DNA of 64,000 nucleotides from a virus (Duplodnaviria; Heunggongvirae; Uroviricota; Caudoviricetes): positions 6,939-70,938 of IMG/VR virus record IMGVR_UViG_2700989400_000004. One strand, given 5' to 3'. The position numbers and the translations under genes are program-made. Positions 8,470 to 18,566 of this stretch are shown in pieces. Every line of letters starts with the position of its first letter. The first letter of the stretch is position 1. The notes under the pieces are model-generated. The model ran no database searches. It was not told the DNA's origin and saw only the letters and a program-made list of their open reading frames with translations.

Positions 8470-9914
8470 TGCAGGAAATCTATCGTTTTATCGACGATGC
8501 GATTGAAGCCGATCGCCAACGTTATACCGATATTGCCGATCAAATCTGGGATCATCCAGAAACACGTTTTGAAGAGTTCTGGTCAGCGGAGCATCTGGCT
8601 TCGGCGCTGGAATCTGCAGGCTTCACCGTTACCCGCAACGTAGGCAATATCCCAAATGCCTTTATTGCTTCGTTTGGTCAAGGCAAACCGGTTATCGCCC
8701 TGCTGGGAGAATATGACGCCCTGGCAGGTTTAAGTCAGCAAGCAGGTTGCGCGCAACCTACATCCGTGACGCCCGGTGAAAATGGTCACGGTTGCGGACA
8801 CAATTTGCTGGGAACCGCCGCCTTTGCCGCTGCAATAGCCGTCAAGAAATGGCTGGAACAATATGGGCAAGGCGGCACAGTGCGCTTTTATGGTTGTCCT
8901 GGCGAAGAAGGCGGCTCGGGTAAAACGTTCATGGTCCGCGAGGGGGTATTTGATGATGTGGATGCGGCACTCACCTGGCACCCGGAAGCCTTTGCCGGTA
9001 TGTTCAATACACGCACGCTGGCAAACATTCAGGCATCATGGCGCTTTAAAGGGATCGCAGCACATGCCGCGAATTCCCCTCATTTGGGACGCAGCGCCCT
9101 TGATGCCGTAACGTTGATGACCACTGGCACCAACTTCCTCAACGAACATATTATTGAAAAAGCGCGCGTACACTATGCCATCACAGATAGCGGCGGGATC
9201 TCGCCCAACGTGGTCCAGGCGCAGGCAGAAGTGCTTTATCTTATCCGTGCCCCCGAAATGACCGACGTGCAGCATATTTATGATCGGGTCGCCAAAATCG
9301 CCGAATGTGCGGCATTGATGACCGAAACCACGGTTGAATGCCGCTTCGACAAAGCCTGTTCCAGTTATCTCCCGAATCGCACCTTAGAAAATGCCATGTA
9401 CCATGCCCTATCCCATTTTGGTACCCCGGAATGGAACTCCGAAGAACTGGCTTTTGCGAAACAAATTCAGGCTACGCTCACCCCCAACGATCGGCAAAAC
9501 AGTCTGAATAATATCGCCGCAACCGGTGGCGAAAACGGCAAGGTTTTTGCACTACGTCATCGTGAAACGGTACTGGCGAATGAGGTCGCTCCATATGCCG
9601 CCACCGATAACGTGCTTGCGGCATCGACTGATGTCGGCGACGTCAGTTGGAAACTGCCTGTTGCCCAGTGTTTCAGCCCCTGTTTTGCCGTCGGTACACC
9701 GCTACATACGTGGCAACTGGTTAGCCAGGGGCGAACATCTATTGCTCATAAAGGAATGCTGCTGGCGGCGAAAACTATGGCAGCAACCACAGTCAATCTC
9801 TTCATTGATTCAGGGCTATTGCAAGAATGCCAACAAGAGCATCAGCAAGTTACGGACACGCAACCGTATCACTGCCCTATCCCGAAAAACGTGACACCGT
9901 CACCTTTAAAATAA
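8469..9914 (+). CDS. abgB: p-aminobenzoyl-glutamate hydrolase subunit B (M20 peptidase family)
   Basis: 481-aa ORF with M20 signature (…GHGCGHNLLGT…), coupled to abgA. Confidence 0.9.
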   Translation: MQEIYRFIDDAIEADRQRYTDIADQIWDHPETRFEEFWSAEHLASALESAGFTVTRNVGNIPNAFIASFGQGKPVIALLGEYDALAGLSQQAGCAQPTSVTPGENGHGCGHNLLGTAAFAAAIAVKKWLEQYGQGGTVRFYGCPGEEGGSGKTFMVREGVFDDVDAALTWHPEAFAGMFNTRTLANIQASWRFKGIAAHAANSPHLGRSALDAVTLMTTGTNFLNEHIIEKARVHYAITDSGGISPNVVQAQAEVLYLIRAPEMTDVQHIYDRVAKIAECAALMTETTVECRFDKACSSYLPNRTLENAMYHALSHFGTPEWNSEELAFAKQIQATLTPNDRQNSLNNIAATGGENGKVFALRHRETVLANEVAPYAATDNVLAASTDVGDVSWKLPVAQCFSPCFAVGTPLHTWQLVSQGRTSIAHKGMLLAAKTMAATTVNLFIDSGLLQECQQEHQQVTDTQPYHCPIPKNVTPSPLK

Positions 9915-9950
9915 CAACAACAACGCAAACACAACAACCGAGGAATGCCC

Positions 9951-11396
9951 ATGAGTATGTCATCCATACCGTCGTCCTCCCAATCCGGGAAGCTCTATGG
10001 CTGGGTCGAAAGAATTGGTAACAAGGTTCCCCATCCTTTTTTGCTCTTTATCTATTTGATAATCGTACTCATGGTGACGACGGCAATTTTGTCAGCCTTT
10101 GGCGTCAGTGCGAAAAACCCGACCGATGGTACGCCGGTGGTGGTGAAAAACCTGCTCAGTGTGGAAGGATTACACTGGTTTTTACCCAATGTGATTAAAA
10201 ACTTTAGCGGTTTTGCTCCACTTGGAGCGATCCTGGCGCTGGTTTTAGGTGCCGGCCTAGCGGAGCGCGTCGGCTTACTGCCAGCGCTAATGGTTAAAAT
10301 GGCATCGCATGTTAATGCCCGCTACGCCAGTTATATGGTGCTGTTTATTGCTTTTTTCAGCCACATTTCTTCCGATGCGGCGTTAGTGATCATGCCACCG
10401 ATGGGTGCGCTGATTTTTCTGGCGGTGGGCAGGCATCCAGTTGCAGGTTTACTGGCTGCCATTGCAGGCGTAGGTTGCGGCTTTACGGCTAATTTACTGA
10501 TTGTCACAACCGACGTGTTGCTGTCGGGGATCAGCACGGAAGCGGCGGCTGCGTTCAATCCGCAAATGCACGTCAGTGTAATTGATAACTGGTATTTTAT
10601 GGCCAGCTCCGTAGTCGTACTGACGATTGTTGGCGGCCTGATAACCGACAAAATCATCGAGCCACGATTAGGTCAATGGCAGGGAAACAGCGATGAGAAA
10701 CTGCAGACATTGACCGAAAGTCAGCGTTTTGGTTTACGCATAGCAGGTGTCGTATCGCTACTTTTTATTGCTGCGATCGCGCTGATGGTGATCCCGGAAA
10801 ACGGGATATTGCGCGATCCGATTAATCACACCGTGATGCCATCACCCTTTATTAAAGGTATCGTGCCACTGATCATTCTTTTTTTCTTTGTTGTCTCGCT
10901 GGCTTATGGCATCGCTACCCGCACAATTCGACGTCAGGCGGATTTACCGCATTTAATGATTGAACCGATGAAAGAGATGGCGGGATTTATCGTGATGGTT
11001 TTTCCCCTCGCCCAATTTGTCGCCATGTTTAACTGGAGCAACATGGGGAAATTCATCGCCGTGGGGCTGACCGATATACTTGAAAGTTCAGGGCTTAGCG
11101 GCATCCCGGCGTTTGTCGGTCTGGCGTTGCTTTCCTCTTTCTTATGCATGTTTATTGCCAGCGGTTCCGCAATCTGGTCGATTCTGGCCCCCATTTTCGT
11201 ACCAATGTTTATGCTACTTGGCTTTCACCCGGCATTTGCGCAAATCCTCTTTCGTATTGCCGACTCATCCGTATTGCCTTTAGCGCCGGTATCTCCTTTT
11301 GTTCCACTGTTTCTTGGATTCCTGCAACGCTACAAACCAGACGCAAAACTGGGTACTTACTATTCGTTAGTCTTGCCCTATCCGCTTATCTTTTGA
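9951..11396 (+). CDS. abgT: p-aminobenzoyl-glutamate transporter AbgT
   Basis: Start MSMSSIPSS… with GAGGA SD; polytopic membrane protein; C-terminal end abuts the prophage boundary. Confidence 0.85.
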   Translation: MSMSSIPSSSQSGKLYGWVERIGNKVPHPFLLFIYLIIVLMVTTAILSAFGVSAKNPTDGTPVVVKNLLSVEGLHWFLPNVIKNFSGFAPLGAILALVLGAGLAERVGLLPALMVKMASHVNARYASYMVLFIAFFSHISSDAALVIMPPMGALIFLAVGRHPVAGLLAAIAGVGCGFTANLLIVTTDVLLSGISTEAAAAFNPQMHVSVIDNWYFMASSVVVLTIVGGLITDKIIEPRLGQWQGNSDEKLQTLTESQRFGLRIAGVVSLLFIAAIALMVIPENGILRDPINHTVMPSPFIKGIVPLIILFFFVVSLAYGIATRTIRRQADLPHLMIEPMKEMAGFIVMVFPLAQFVAMFNWSNMGKFIAVGLTDILESSGLSGIPAFVGLALLSSFLCMFIASGSAIWSILAPIFVPMFMLLGFHPAFAQILFRIADSSVLPLAPVSPFVPLFLGFLQRYKPDAKLGTYYSLVLPYPLIF

Positions 11397-11488
11397 ATGG
11401 GTAGTTTATTGTAAAATATATTTATATTCAATGCGTTATGTTTTATTTTTGATTTTGATTTATCAATTTGGTCACTATTTGGTACACA

Positions 11489-11516
11489 AAAAGAAACGAG
11501 GCGTTAGCCTCGTTTC
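11489..11516 (-). terminator. intrinsic terminator downstream of tail-fibre gene
   Basis: Stem GAAACGAGGC/GCCTCGTTTC with GTTA loop; T-run on minus strand (ttctttttgtg) just after the tail-fibre stop. Confidence 0.5.
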
Positions 11517-11545
11517 GCGCGGCGATGTTCTTCGCACATCACCTT

Positions 11546-13630
11546 TTACTCTTCGCTTCCGGTCAACTGCTTAACAAGCGCAACCAGTTCGCTTACCTGA
11601 TTTTCAAGCGCGGTAATGCGTGCATCTTGAGTAACTATGGCTATATCTTGATCCTTACATACTCTGACGAGATATCCAACGATGCCGGAGTAATTAACAC
11701 CCAAAACAATTTTTTCACCAGTAAGCACGGTGCCGTCACTTGTCGGTCCTGGCATCTCTTTTGTTATTGTTACTTCGCGAACTACTTGCGGCAATATCTT
11801 TTGCCATTCCTGTGCTATAACACCAGCGCACGCCCTATTATCACCAATAAAATTGAATGTATATCCGTTAACGTGCTGCAATAATTTTCTGGCCTCCTGT
11901 ATTTCCATAATATTTTCTTTTTCATTTATATCTGATGTTTGTGTTAATTCTGAGCAGGAGACTTTACCGGATGTGAAGATATCTGCGGTTGATGTTATTT
12001 TTTGTGAGAAGTTGGCTGTTGCTGTTACGTTCATTTTTCCAGCAAATACAGCGTTGGAGTCCGACTGAAGTTTTGTTTTTGCTCTTACTGTACCTGCGGT
12101 TATTGTTGTTGGCGATGATAACTGCTCCGCATAGGATTGCGCATTGGCTTCTGATTCTGCGGCTGCGGCTGCTGCTGCTGCTGCGTTTTCCGCTTCAGAT
12201 GTTGCGGTGGCGGCACGCTCTTCAGCCAGCACGCTGTAACCCTCTGCAGCGTCTCTCGCGGCTATGGCTTCATCCCGCGCGCTGGTCGCTGTGTTAGCGG
12301 CGCTGGTCGCGGCGGTCGCGGCACTGGTAATGGTAGCCGCCTGTTCAGTTGCAGTGGTTGCCTGCGCCACTGCTTCATCGCGGGCCGCTTCAGTGGCGGT
12401 CTGCGCGGTCTGTGCCGCTTCTGCGGCTTGGGTGGCGGCGGTTGCTTTTTGGGTTGCTGTATTTACGGCGGCTGATATCTTCGATTCGTCTATAGCAATA
12501 CTACTAGCGCTTGCTTCCGCTGCTTCTGCGGCGGTTTCTGCGTCGTTTTTATGCTCAAGCGCTGCGGCGGCGGCAGTGGTTGCCTCATTCGCTTTTTGGG
12601 TCGCTGTGTTAGCGGCGCTGGTCGCGGCGGTCGCGGCACTGGTAATGGTAGCCGCCTGTTCAGTTGCAGTGGTTGCCTGCGCCACTGCTTCATCGCGGGC
12701 CGCTTCAGTGGCGGTCTGCGCGGTCTGTGCCGCTTCTGCGGCTTGGGTGGCGGCGGTTGCTTTTGCTGCCAGTTCTTTTTCATCGATAGCGATATTAGCG
12801 GCGGTTGTTTCTGCTGCTGCGGCTGCGGCTTCGGATTTCTCCGCTTCTTCCTTCGCATACATGCGCAATTCATAAACAGCGGCACGATCTGCCGCTACGG
12901 CTTCGGCATCTGTATTGGCTGCTGCGGCGGCTTGGGTGGCGGCTGACGCCTGTTCAGTTGCTACTGTTGCTCGTTCAGTTGCGACGACTGCTCTCGCGGT
13001 AGCTTCGTCGCGTGCTGCTTCGGTAGCAGTCTGCGCGGTCTGTGCGGCGGTGGCGGCATTGGTGGCGGTAGTAGCTTGTTCGGTCGCTACGGTTGCCTGT
13101 GTGGCGGCGGTGGCGGCTTGTTCACCAGCCAGCACGCTGTAACCTTCTGCGGCATCTTTCGCGGCAATAGCTTCATGCCGCGCGGCGGCGGTTGTTTCAA
13201 CGTCTGCGGCGGTGGCGGCGGCGTTGGCGGTTGATTGCGCTGTTTCTGCCTGAATAGCGGTTAACAGTGCTTCTACCTGCGCGGCATCACCATAATTTTT
13301 CCAGTATTCAACGGCGGCATAGATCTCTGATTCCTGCCCGGTGAAATAGCGTAATGCTTCCGCTACGTCTTGCGCCAGCCCGTCAACTGAGATCGAATCG
13401 CACAGTAAAATACTGTAAGCAGTACCCGCCGGAATATCCGGTGATGCTGCCGGGGTTATAGATAATTCCGTTTCACTGACAATTTCAGTGATGGAAAAGA
13501 TCTGAATAGGGTCGCTTTTTACAATAACTGTGCACCCCACGCGGATCATGGATAAGGGTGCTTTAAAATTTGTACCCGTCCCGGTCAGCGTGTTACCGGA
13601 TACGGCAATACTTCCAATGGTGTAGATCAT
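11546..13630 (-). CDS. tail fibre protein with Ala/Thr-rich repeat rod
   Basis: 694-aa ORF; long A/T-rich internally duplicated segment; C-terminal globular domain (…GYTFNFIGDNRACAGVIAQEW…); last gene of tail module. Confidence 0.7.
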   Translation of the reverse strand: MIYTIGSIAVSGNTLTGTGTNFKAPLSMIRVGCTVIVKSDPIQIFSITEIVSETELSITPAASPDIPAGTAYSILLCDSISVDGLAQDVAEALRYFTGQESEIYAAVEYWKNYGDAAQVEALLTAIQAETAQSTANAAATAADVETTAAARHEAIAAKDAAEGYSVLAGEQAATAATQATVATEQATTATNAATAAQTAQTATEAARDEATARAVVATERATVATEQASAATQAAAAANTDAEAVAADRAAVYELRMYAKEEAEKSEAAAAAAETTAANIAIDEKELAAKATAATQAAEAAQTAQTATEAARDEAVAQATTATEQAATITSAATAATSAANTATQKANEATTAAAAALEHKNDAETAAEAAEASASSIAIDESKISAAVNTATQKATAATQAAEAAQTAQTATEAARDEAVAQATTATEQAATITSAATAATSAANTATSARDEAIAARDAAEGYSVLAEERAATATSEAENAAAAAAAAAESEANAQSYAEQLSSPTTITAGTVRAKTKLQSDSNAVFAGKMNVTATANFSQKITSTADIFTSGKVSCSELTQTSDINEKENIMEIQEARKLLQHVNGYTFNFIGDNRACAGVIAQEWQKILPQVVREVTITKEMPGPTSDGTVLTGEKIVLGVNYSGIVGYLVRVCKDQDIAIVTQDARITALENQVSELVALVKQLTGSEE
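12286..12449. repeat. direct repeat copy 1 inside tail-fibre gene (~164 bp)
   Basis: Near-identical to 12600-12763; encodes repeated …AAQTAQTATEAARDEAVAQATTATEQAATITSAATAATSAANTAT…. Confidence 0.6.
12600..12763. repeat. direct repeat copy 2 inside tail-fibre gene (~164 bp)
   Basis: Near-identical copy of 12286-12449, offset 314 bp in the same frame. Confidence 0.6.
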
Positions 13631-13663
13631 CGCAATGACTCCATTATGTTAATTAACGGAATA

Positions 13664-13678
13664 ATTCTACCATTTTGT
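13664..13678 (-). promoter_or_regulatory. conserved motif TTTTGTGATCTGYGT upstream of late gene (copy 1 of 3)
   Basis: Same 15-mer at 19964-19978 and (1 mismatch) 25932-25946, each under 50 nt upstream of a minus-strand start (tail fibre, L, tape measure). Confidence 0.35.
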
Positions 13679-13812
13679 GATCTGCGTTGCATTTTATGCT
13701 TGCACAAAATGTATTTATTGATTTATGCCAATACAATAAATCATTTACAGTGAATGTAACTTGCCACAATTTATGATGTAAATTATTGGCGTAAAAATAA
13801 AAACAATGCATA

Positions 13813-13836
13813 AAAACGGGGCTTATGCCCCGTTTT
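13813..13836. terminator. bidirectional intrinsic terminator after J
   Basis: Perfect hairpin CGGGGC-TTAT-GCCCCG flanked by T/A runs on both strands, immediately after the J stop. Confidence 0.5.
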
Positions 13837-13840
13837 ATTT

Positions 13841-16800
13841 TTATGCTGTAGTTGATGCGCTAAATGATCCTGTTCCTCTTGATACTAGCATTGTCGGAGA
13901 ATACAAAGCCATACAATATGAGTAGCCTTCTGATGCTGATGTTTGTGGGCAATATATTTCCCCGGTAATCCTTGATGTTGTTAAACCAGAAAAAGCGCAT
14001 TGCACTGTTAATGTGCATCCACCATAAGGTACGTAGTATTGAATTGTTTTACTTTGACCTCCGCAACTAAACGTTACGTTATAAGTTGATCTATATTCAC
14101 CAGATGTCAATGTAATCGTTGCCATAAGCATAACTGATTTCGTCAATGCACTGGTTGTGCTGTCGTTATATGTGATGGTTGCTTTATAACTTCCGTTATA
14201 CCCAAGTACTCGATCTGGACCAACACCCATGTTAGCAACGTCACCAACAAATGATGTGGCTTCAACTACTCCCTTAAATTTACCGTCAGTTGCGTTAATA
14301 GTACCATTAAACACCCCAGAATTAGCGTATACCGTGCCGCGTACTGTTACGTTATTAAATTCAGCGTTACCATTCTTATTAATCATCCACCCGGCGGAAC
14401 CGGAAACATAATTGGATGATTGGATTTGCTGCGCAATTTTTGCGGTAGTAATCGATGCGTCTTTAATAAACGCTTCGCGCACATACATTGCACCATTCGT
14501 AACATAGAAAGGTGTCGTATATGTGCCGTTTGCCGCCGTCATTAACACAAAGCGGTCAACAAGGAAAATGCACTGCGATTGTGTGCTTGTGCCGCTGCCA
14601 GTCAGGCCAAGCGAGATACCGGAAAAATATTTCATTCCGTTACTGTCTGCGGCGATCTTAACGCTCCACGTTGCCGACATGTCTGATTCAAGGCTGGTGA
14701 TAGCGGTTTTGTTTTCCTCAATTGATACTGATTGCCCCTCAATTGACGCCGTGATACTTTCGATCTGTGTGGCGGTCGATTCCTGGTAAGACGTAAACGC
14801 TTCGCTCCACTCCGTAATCGACGCCTCGTTTGCTTCCAGTGATGCGCTAATCTGCGCAAACTGTGTAGCGTTGGCTTGTTCATGTGTGGCTAATGCCTGA
14901 TCCACGCTGCTGATCGCTGATGAGATATCGCCGTCTACTTTCGCCTCAAGGTTATTGATGGATTCAGCCGTGGATGATTCCAGATCGGTGATTGTCTGGT
15001 TGATCTCCGTTAAGCTGGCCTGGATATCCTCGTTTACCTGGCTTTCCAGTTTTTCGATTGATTGGCTTGTTGAGCTTTCAAGCGTCGCGATGGTCTGCTG
15101 TAGTTCGGTTACGTTAGCGCTGATTTCGTCATTAACCTTGCTTTCAAGCGTGGTAAGCGCCTGCGCGGTCGCTTCCTTCTCTGTAGCAATAACTGAATCA
15201 ATGCGCTCGATTTCCGCCTTCGTTTCTGCTTTCTGGTTTTTATATTGCGCCGTTAACGTGGTGCGGGTGCTGGTGTTAGCCAATGAGTTATTCATAAGCG
15301 CAATGGCTGCGTTTTGCAGGCTGGCGCGGGTCTGCATTAGCTCGTTTTCTTGCTCCGTCAATTCTACGCTGATTTCGTTAATCTGGCTTTCATGCTCCCC
15401 GATCCCGTCCTCGTTGTTTTTTACACGTTCTTCCAGATCGGCGGTTGACTCCTTCAGGTCGGTAACAGCCTGGTCAATGTCTACCGTGGTTTGTTTCAGT
15501 TCTTCCACGTCACCCATTAAACCGCCTGTTACTTCGCCTATGGAGTCCTTGATCATGTTCTGGAATTGCTCGCCTTCCATAACTTCATTCAGCACGGCGT
15601 CTGTAATTTCCTCGAAGTTTTCGGAAGGTTTACCGCTGGCTTCGATAAAGTCAGATACACCGAAAGCGTTTTTTGTGCGCACGTAAACGTAATACGTATG
15701 GCCCGTTGCCATACCGCCGAAGGTCCATTGATACCCGCGCCCGGTGAATTGCGCTGATGTTGTTACCTGGCTGAAGTCAGTGATCTGGTTTTCTCCGGCA
15801 TAATAGAATTCGTAACTGGTATCGGTCGTTAGCGTGGTGCTGCTGATCGGGTAAACAGTCGCCTGGAAAACACCTGGCACCCAATTAACGCCGACCGGGG
15901 CCGCTGGCGCACCAATCACCAGATCTACAATACTTTCCGCCCCCTTCATGCCAGTGTCATTACGCCCGCGAATACCCAACGTGTAATTCCCTGCGTCGAG
16001 GCCATAAAATTCATAACGGTAATTCGTGGTTTCATAACTTGCCACCACGCGCCCGTCTGCGTTATATACGCGGATTTCGAAGGTCAGGGGATGCGTTGTT
16101 GTCTGCGTCTCCCAGGTGGCGCGGCATTGAACCGTTTCTGACCCAACGTTTACCACTTTCAAATTTTCGATGTTCGGGACACGGAAGTGATTTAGCGTGT
16201 CGCTACTGATTTCGAAGATTGCGCCTTCATCGACTACCGCCTGTTTGTTCGGGTCGTGCTGCGCGGCTTCGATGGTGTATACGCTGTTATTTTCGGTTTC
16301 GGCTACGCTGGTGATCCGGCATAAAACGGGTTTTGCTGCTTCAGTGGATACAGCGAAAACGGTCCCGTTACGAATCCACGCCGGGGCCGCCGCTAAGGTG
16401 ATCTCATTTCCATTCACCCCGGTGATCTGGTGTTTTTTAAATTTGCCATCACTATCGAGCAAGCTGATGGTGTCGCCTGCGGTGATGTATTCTGAATCAA
16501 CCTTATCGACCGTTATCACCTTGCCATTGTTCGCCACGATACGACCGCCTAAACGAGCGCCCGCGCGGTTATTGTCGAGGATCTCGATGATATCCCCTGG
16601 TGTAAAGTGAATCGCGTCACGGGCCATTTTAAACGTGAATTTTGACGGCTCGCGTTTTGCTGTTTCTATCAGCCACTTGCCCGCGCGGTACGCTTGCCCG
16701 CGTGATGTGCACCCGAACGCCTCTAACGTGGTTTCGTTGTAACCATCACGGGCGATCAGTTCATCGTCTGCTACATACTCTTTTGATTGCTCCCAGCCGT

Positions 16801-18022
16801 TCTTCGGGTCAGTCCAAGATACGATCACGGCGTTATAACATTCCGCACGGGCGATACTTGAACGAGTAAACGCGCCATCAACGACATTTGCATTTGTAAT
16901 AGTGGCGATCGGATCTTGTGGCGCATCGATCATCACCGTAAGGCGTTGTCCGTCCCATAGCGCCATACCTCTGAACATCCCGGCGATATTGTCCAGTAAG
17001 TCGCGGGCGCTCATCTGCTCTGTAATGTACGCATTAAGCGTAACGCGCGGCTCAAGGCCGCCGTAACCATCATTGACTAACTGGTCGCAGTATTGGGAAA
17101 GCGTATATAATGCGCCGTCATCAACATCAATATAGCCAGCATGACGGGCAAGGCCAAAACGCTCGTTTTTAACCAGATAACGGAAGATCCAAGCGGGGTT
17201 ATTAGTGTACGCCTGCTTGAAGCCGCCAAGCCATAATCCTGAGTAAGTGCGCGTTTCCGGGTTGTAGTTATCAGGGATATCAACAATCAGCCCGCGGAGG
17301 TGATAAGTGCGGGTAGGCGTGTCAGCGTACTGATCATGGTCGATCACTGCGCCAGCTATAGCCGTGTGAGGGTAAGATAGGTTATCGTCGATAATTTCAC
17401 TGTAACTATTCCATCGTGTATTGTTGTTCAATAAATCGCCAGTGCTATCGGGTGTAATACGACGAACCCGAATATCGAACGGGCTTTCACTAGGTGCGCA
17501 AATAATATGAGACTCAAGATATTCACCGCTAATTTTACCGGTAATAGAAACGGCTTTAACAGGCGTCCATATCGTTGATGATGATGGTTTTACGTCAATC
17601 ATCATCATAACGGTTGAATTGTATTGATTCCCTTCATCATCGCTTTCTACAAGAACATCCACCCCAACATTCAACCTGACTCGCGTCACGTTGGGATCGG
17701 ATACAGTGCGAACTAACGGGGTGTCGTGTGTTACCTCGGTGTTAACCATAACGGTCGATTCAATAGCATTAAAACCATTGATCGGCGATTGGTTAAGTGT
17801 ACCAGGACGCCAGGCGACACTAACGCCGGGGATACTGACATGACCCGCAGTATCCGTAATAGGTGTATCATTAAGCATCACGCAGTTCAACGGCGCGGCA
17901 GCATTAACCGGACCGTAGATCGGGCCTTCACTCAATATATCTAATACGCGATAAAACTGTTTATGATACAAATTGTCATTAAGTAAATCTGGTGTGCTAC
18001 CGCCACCACCACCACCGCCCAT
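13841..18022 (-). CDS. J: host-specificity / central tail fibre protein (lambda J homolog)
   Basis: 1393-aa ORF; conserved J-type stretches (…LSEGPIYGPV…, …AFGCTSRGQAYRAGKWLIET…). Confidence 0.85.
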   Translation of the reverse strand: MGGGGGGGSTPDLLNDNLYHKQFYRVLDILSEGPIYGPVNAAAPLNCVMLNDTPITDTAGHVSIPGVSVAWRPGTLNQSPINGFNAIESTVMVNTEVTHDTPLVRTVSDPNVTRVRLNVGVDVLVESDDEGNQYNSTVMMMIDVKPSSSTIWTPVKAVSITGKISGEYLESHIICAPSESPFDIRVRRITPDSTGDLLNNNTRWNSYSEIIDDNLSYPHTAIAGAVIDHDQYADTPTRTYHLRGLIVDIPDNYNPETRTYSGLWLGGFKQAYTNNPAWIFRYLVKNERFGLARHAGYIDVDDGALYTLSQYCDQLVNDGYGGLEPRVTLNAYITEQMSARDLLDNIAGMFRGMALWDGQRLTVMIDAPQDPIATITNANVVDGAFTRSSIARAECYNAVIVSWTDPKNGWEQSKEYVADDELIARDGYNETTLEAFGCTSRGQAYRAGKWLIETAKREPSKFTFKMARDAIHFTPGDIIEILDNNRAGARLGGRIVANNGKVITVDKVDSEYITAGDTISLLDSDGKFKKHQITGVNGNEITLAAAPAWIRNGTVFAVSTEAAKPVLCRITSVAETENNSVYTIEAAQHDPNKQAVVDEGAIFEISSDTLNHFRVPNIENLKVVNVGSETVQCRATWETQTTTHPLTFEIRVYNADGRVVASYETTNYRYEFYGLDAGNYTLGIRGRNDTGMKGAESIVDLVIGAPAAPVGVNWVPGVFQATVYPISSTTLTTDTSYEFYYAGENQITDFSQVTTSAQFTGRGYQWTFGGMATGHTYYVYVRTKNAFGVSDFIEASGKPSENFEEITDAVLNEVMEGEQFQNMIKDSIGEVTGGLMGDVEELKQTTVDIDQAVTDLKESTADLEERVKNNEDGIGEHESQINEISVELTEQENELMQTRASLQNAAIALMNNSLANTSTRTTLTAQYKNQKAETKAEIERIDSVIATEKEATAQALTTLESKVNDEISANVTELQQTIATLESSTSQSIEKLESQVNEDIQASLTEINQTITDLESSTAESINNLEAKVDGDISSAISSVDQALATHEQANATQFAQISASLEANEASITEWSEAFTSYQESTATQIESITASIEGQSVSIEENKTAITSLESDMSATWSVKIAADSNGMKYFSGISLGLTGSGTSTQSQCIFLVDRFVLMTAANGTYTTPFYVTNGAMYVREAFIKDASITTAKIAQQIQSSNYVSGSAGWMINKNGNAEFNNVTVRGTVYANSGVFNGTINATDGKFKGVVEATSFVGDVANMGVGPDRVLGYNGSYKATITYNDSTTSALTKSVMLMATITLTSGEYRSTYNVTFSCGGQSKTIQYYVPYGGCTLTVQCAFSGLTTSRITGEIYCPQTSASEGYSYCMALYSPTMLVSRGTGSFSASTTA

Positions 18023-18035
18023 AGTAACCCCCTTA

Positions 18036-18566
18036 TTAACTTACAACATCTAAGGCGTCTTTATTATTGGTTGTGTCAATACCCAGGGAACCAACATTTG
18101 ACCCTATTTTCATTTCACCCAATAAGATTGGAACGGGTCGCCCCTGGCCTACTCTGTTTTCTACACTGGTGTAAGTGTTATTAGTGATGCGCCCATCCTG
18201 CGCACTTTCTGCTGATGTTTGCGGCTTCATGTTGCGATACATATAAATAGAATAAGCGACGCTCGCCACCGTAAGGCCAACCAAAAGCCAACCAACAAGA
18301 CCAATCCCAGCTACCCCGCCCTCGATTAACGGCGCGATAATAATTGTCGTTCCGTCTGGATATTTGTTATTAACAGCCACTACGCAATTTTTTTCATCAC
18401 AATCCCTTCCTGCGATCCGCAATCGTAATGGCGTACCTAAAAATGCTCGCTTAAAATCCTGATTTTGTGCAACCAGCAAGCGAAGTCCCTGCGCTGGTGT
18501 TTCGACATTTAGACACATTTTGCTGTAATATCTTCGGAAATTGCCCGTAAATCTAAATCTGAGCAT
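18036..18566 (-). CDS. I: tail assembly protein (lambda I-like)
   Basis: Position between K and J; hydrophobic central segment; start uncertain (alternative ATG at 18518). Confidence 0.55.
   Translation of the reverse strand: MLRFRFTGNFRRYYSKMCLNVETPAQGLRLLVAQNQDFKRAFLGTPLRLRIAGRDCDEKNCVVAVNNKYPDGTTIIIAPLIEGGVAGIGLVGWLLVGLTVASVAYSIYMYRNMKPQTSAESAQDGRITNNTYTSVENRVGQGRPVPILLGEMKIGSNVGSLGIDTTNNKDALDVVS

Noticed and set aside
12286-12763. CRISPR array
   Set aside because: Only two long direct repeats, both inside a coding sequence and in frame; no short repeat-spacer periodicity anywhere in the window
12264-13142. Plus-strand Ala-rich ORFs (203, 131, 65, 75 aa) and minus 12490..12885
   Set aside because: Alternate-frame and antisense translations of the GC-rich Ala/Thr repeat region of the tail-fibre gene
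14955-15686. 243-aa plus-strand ORF inside J (and similar 16197..16610)
   Set aside because: Antisense to a well-supported J homolog; Ser/Leu-rich composition typical of shadow ORFs
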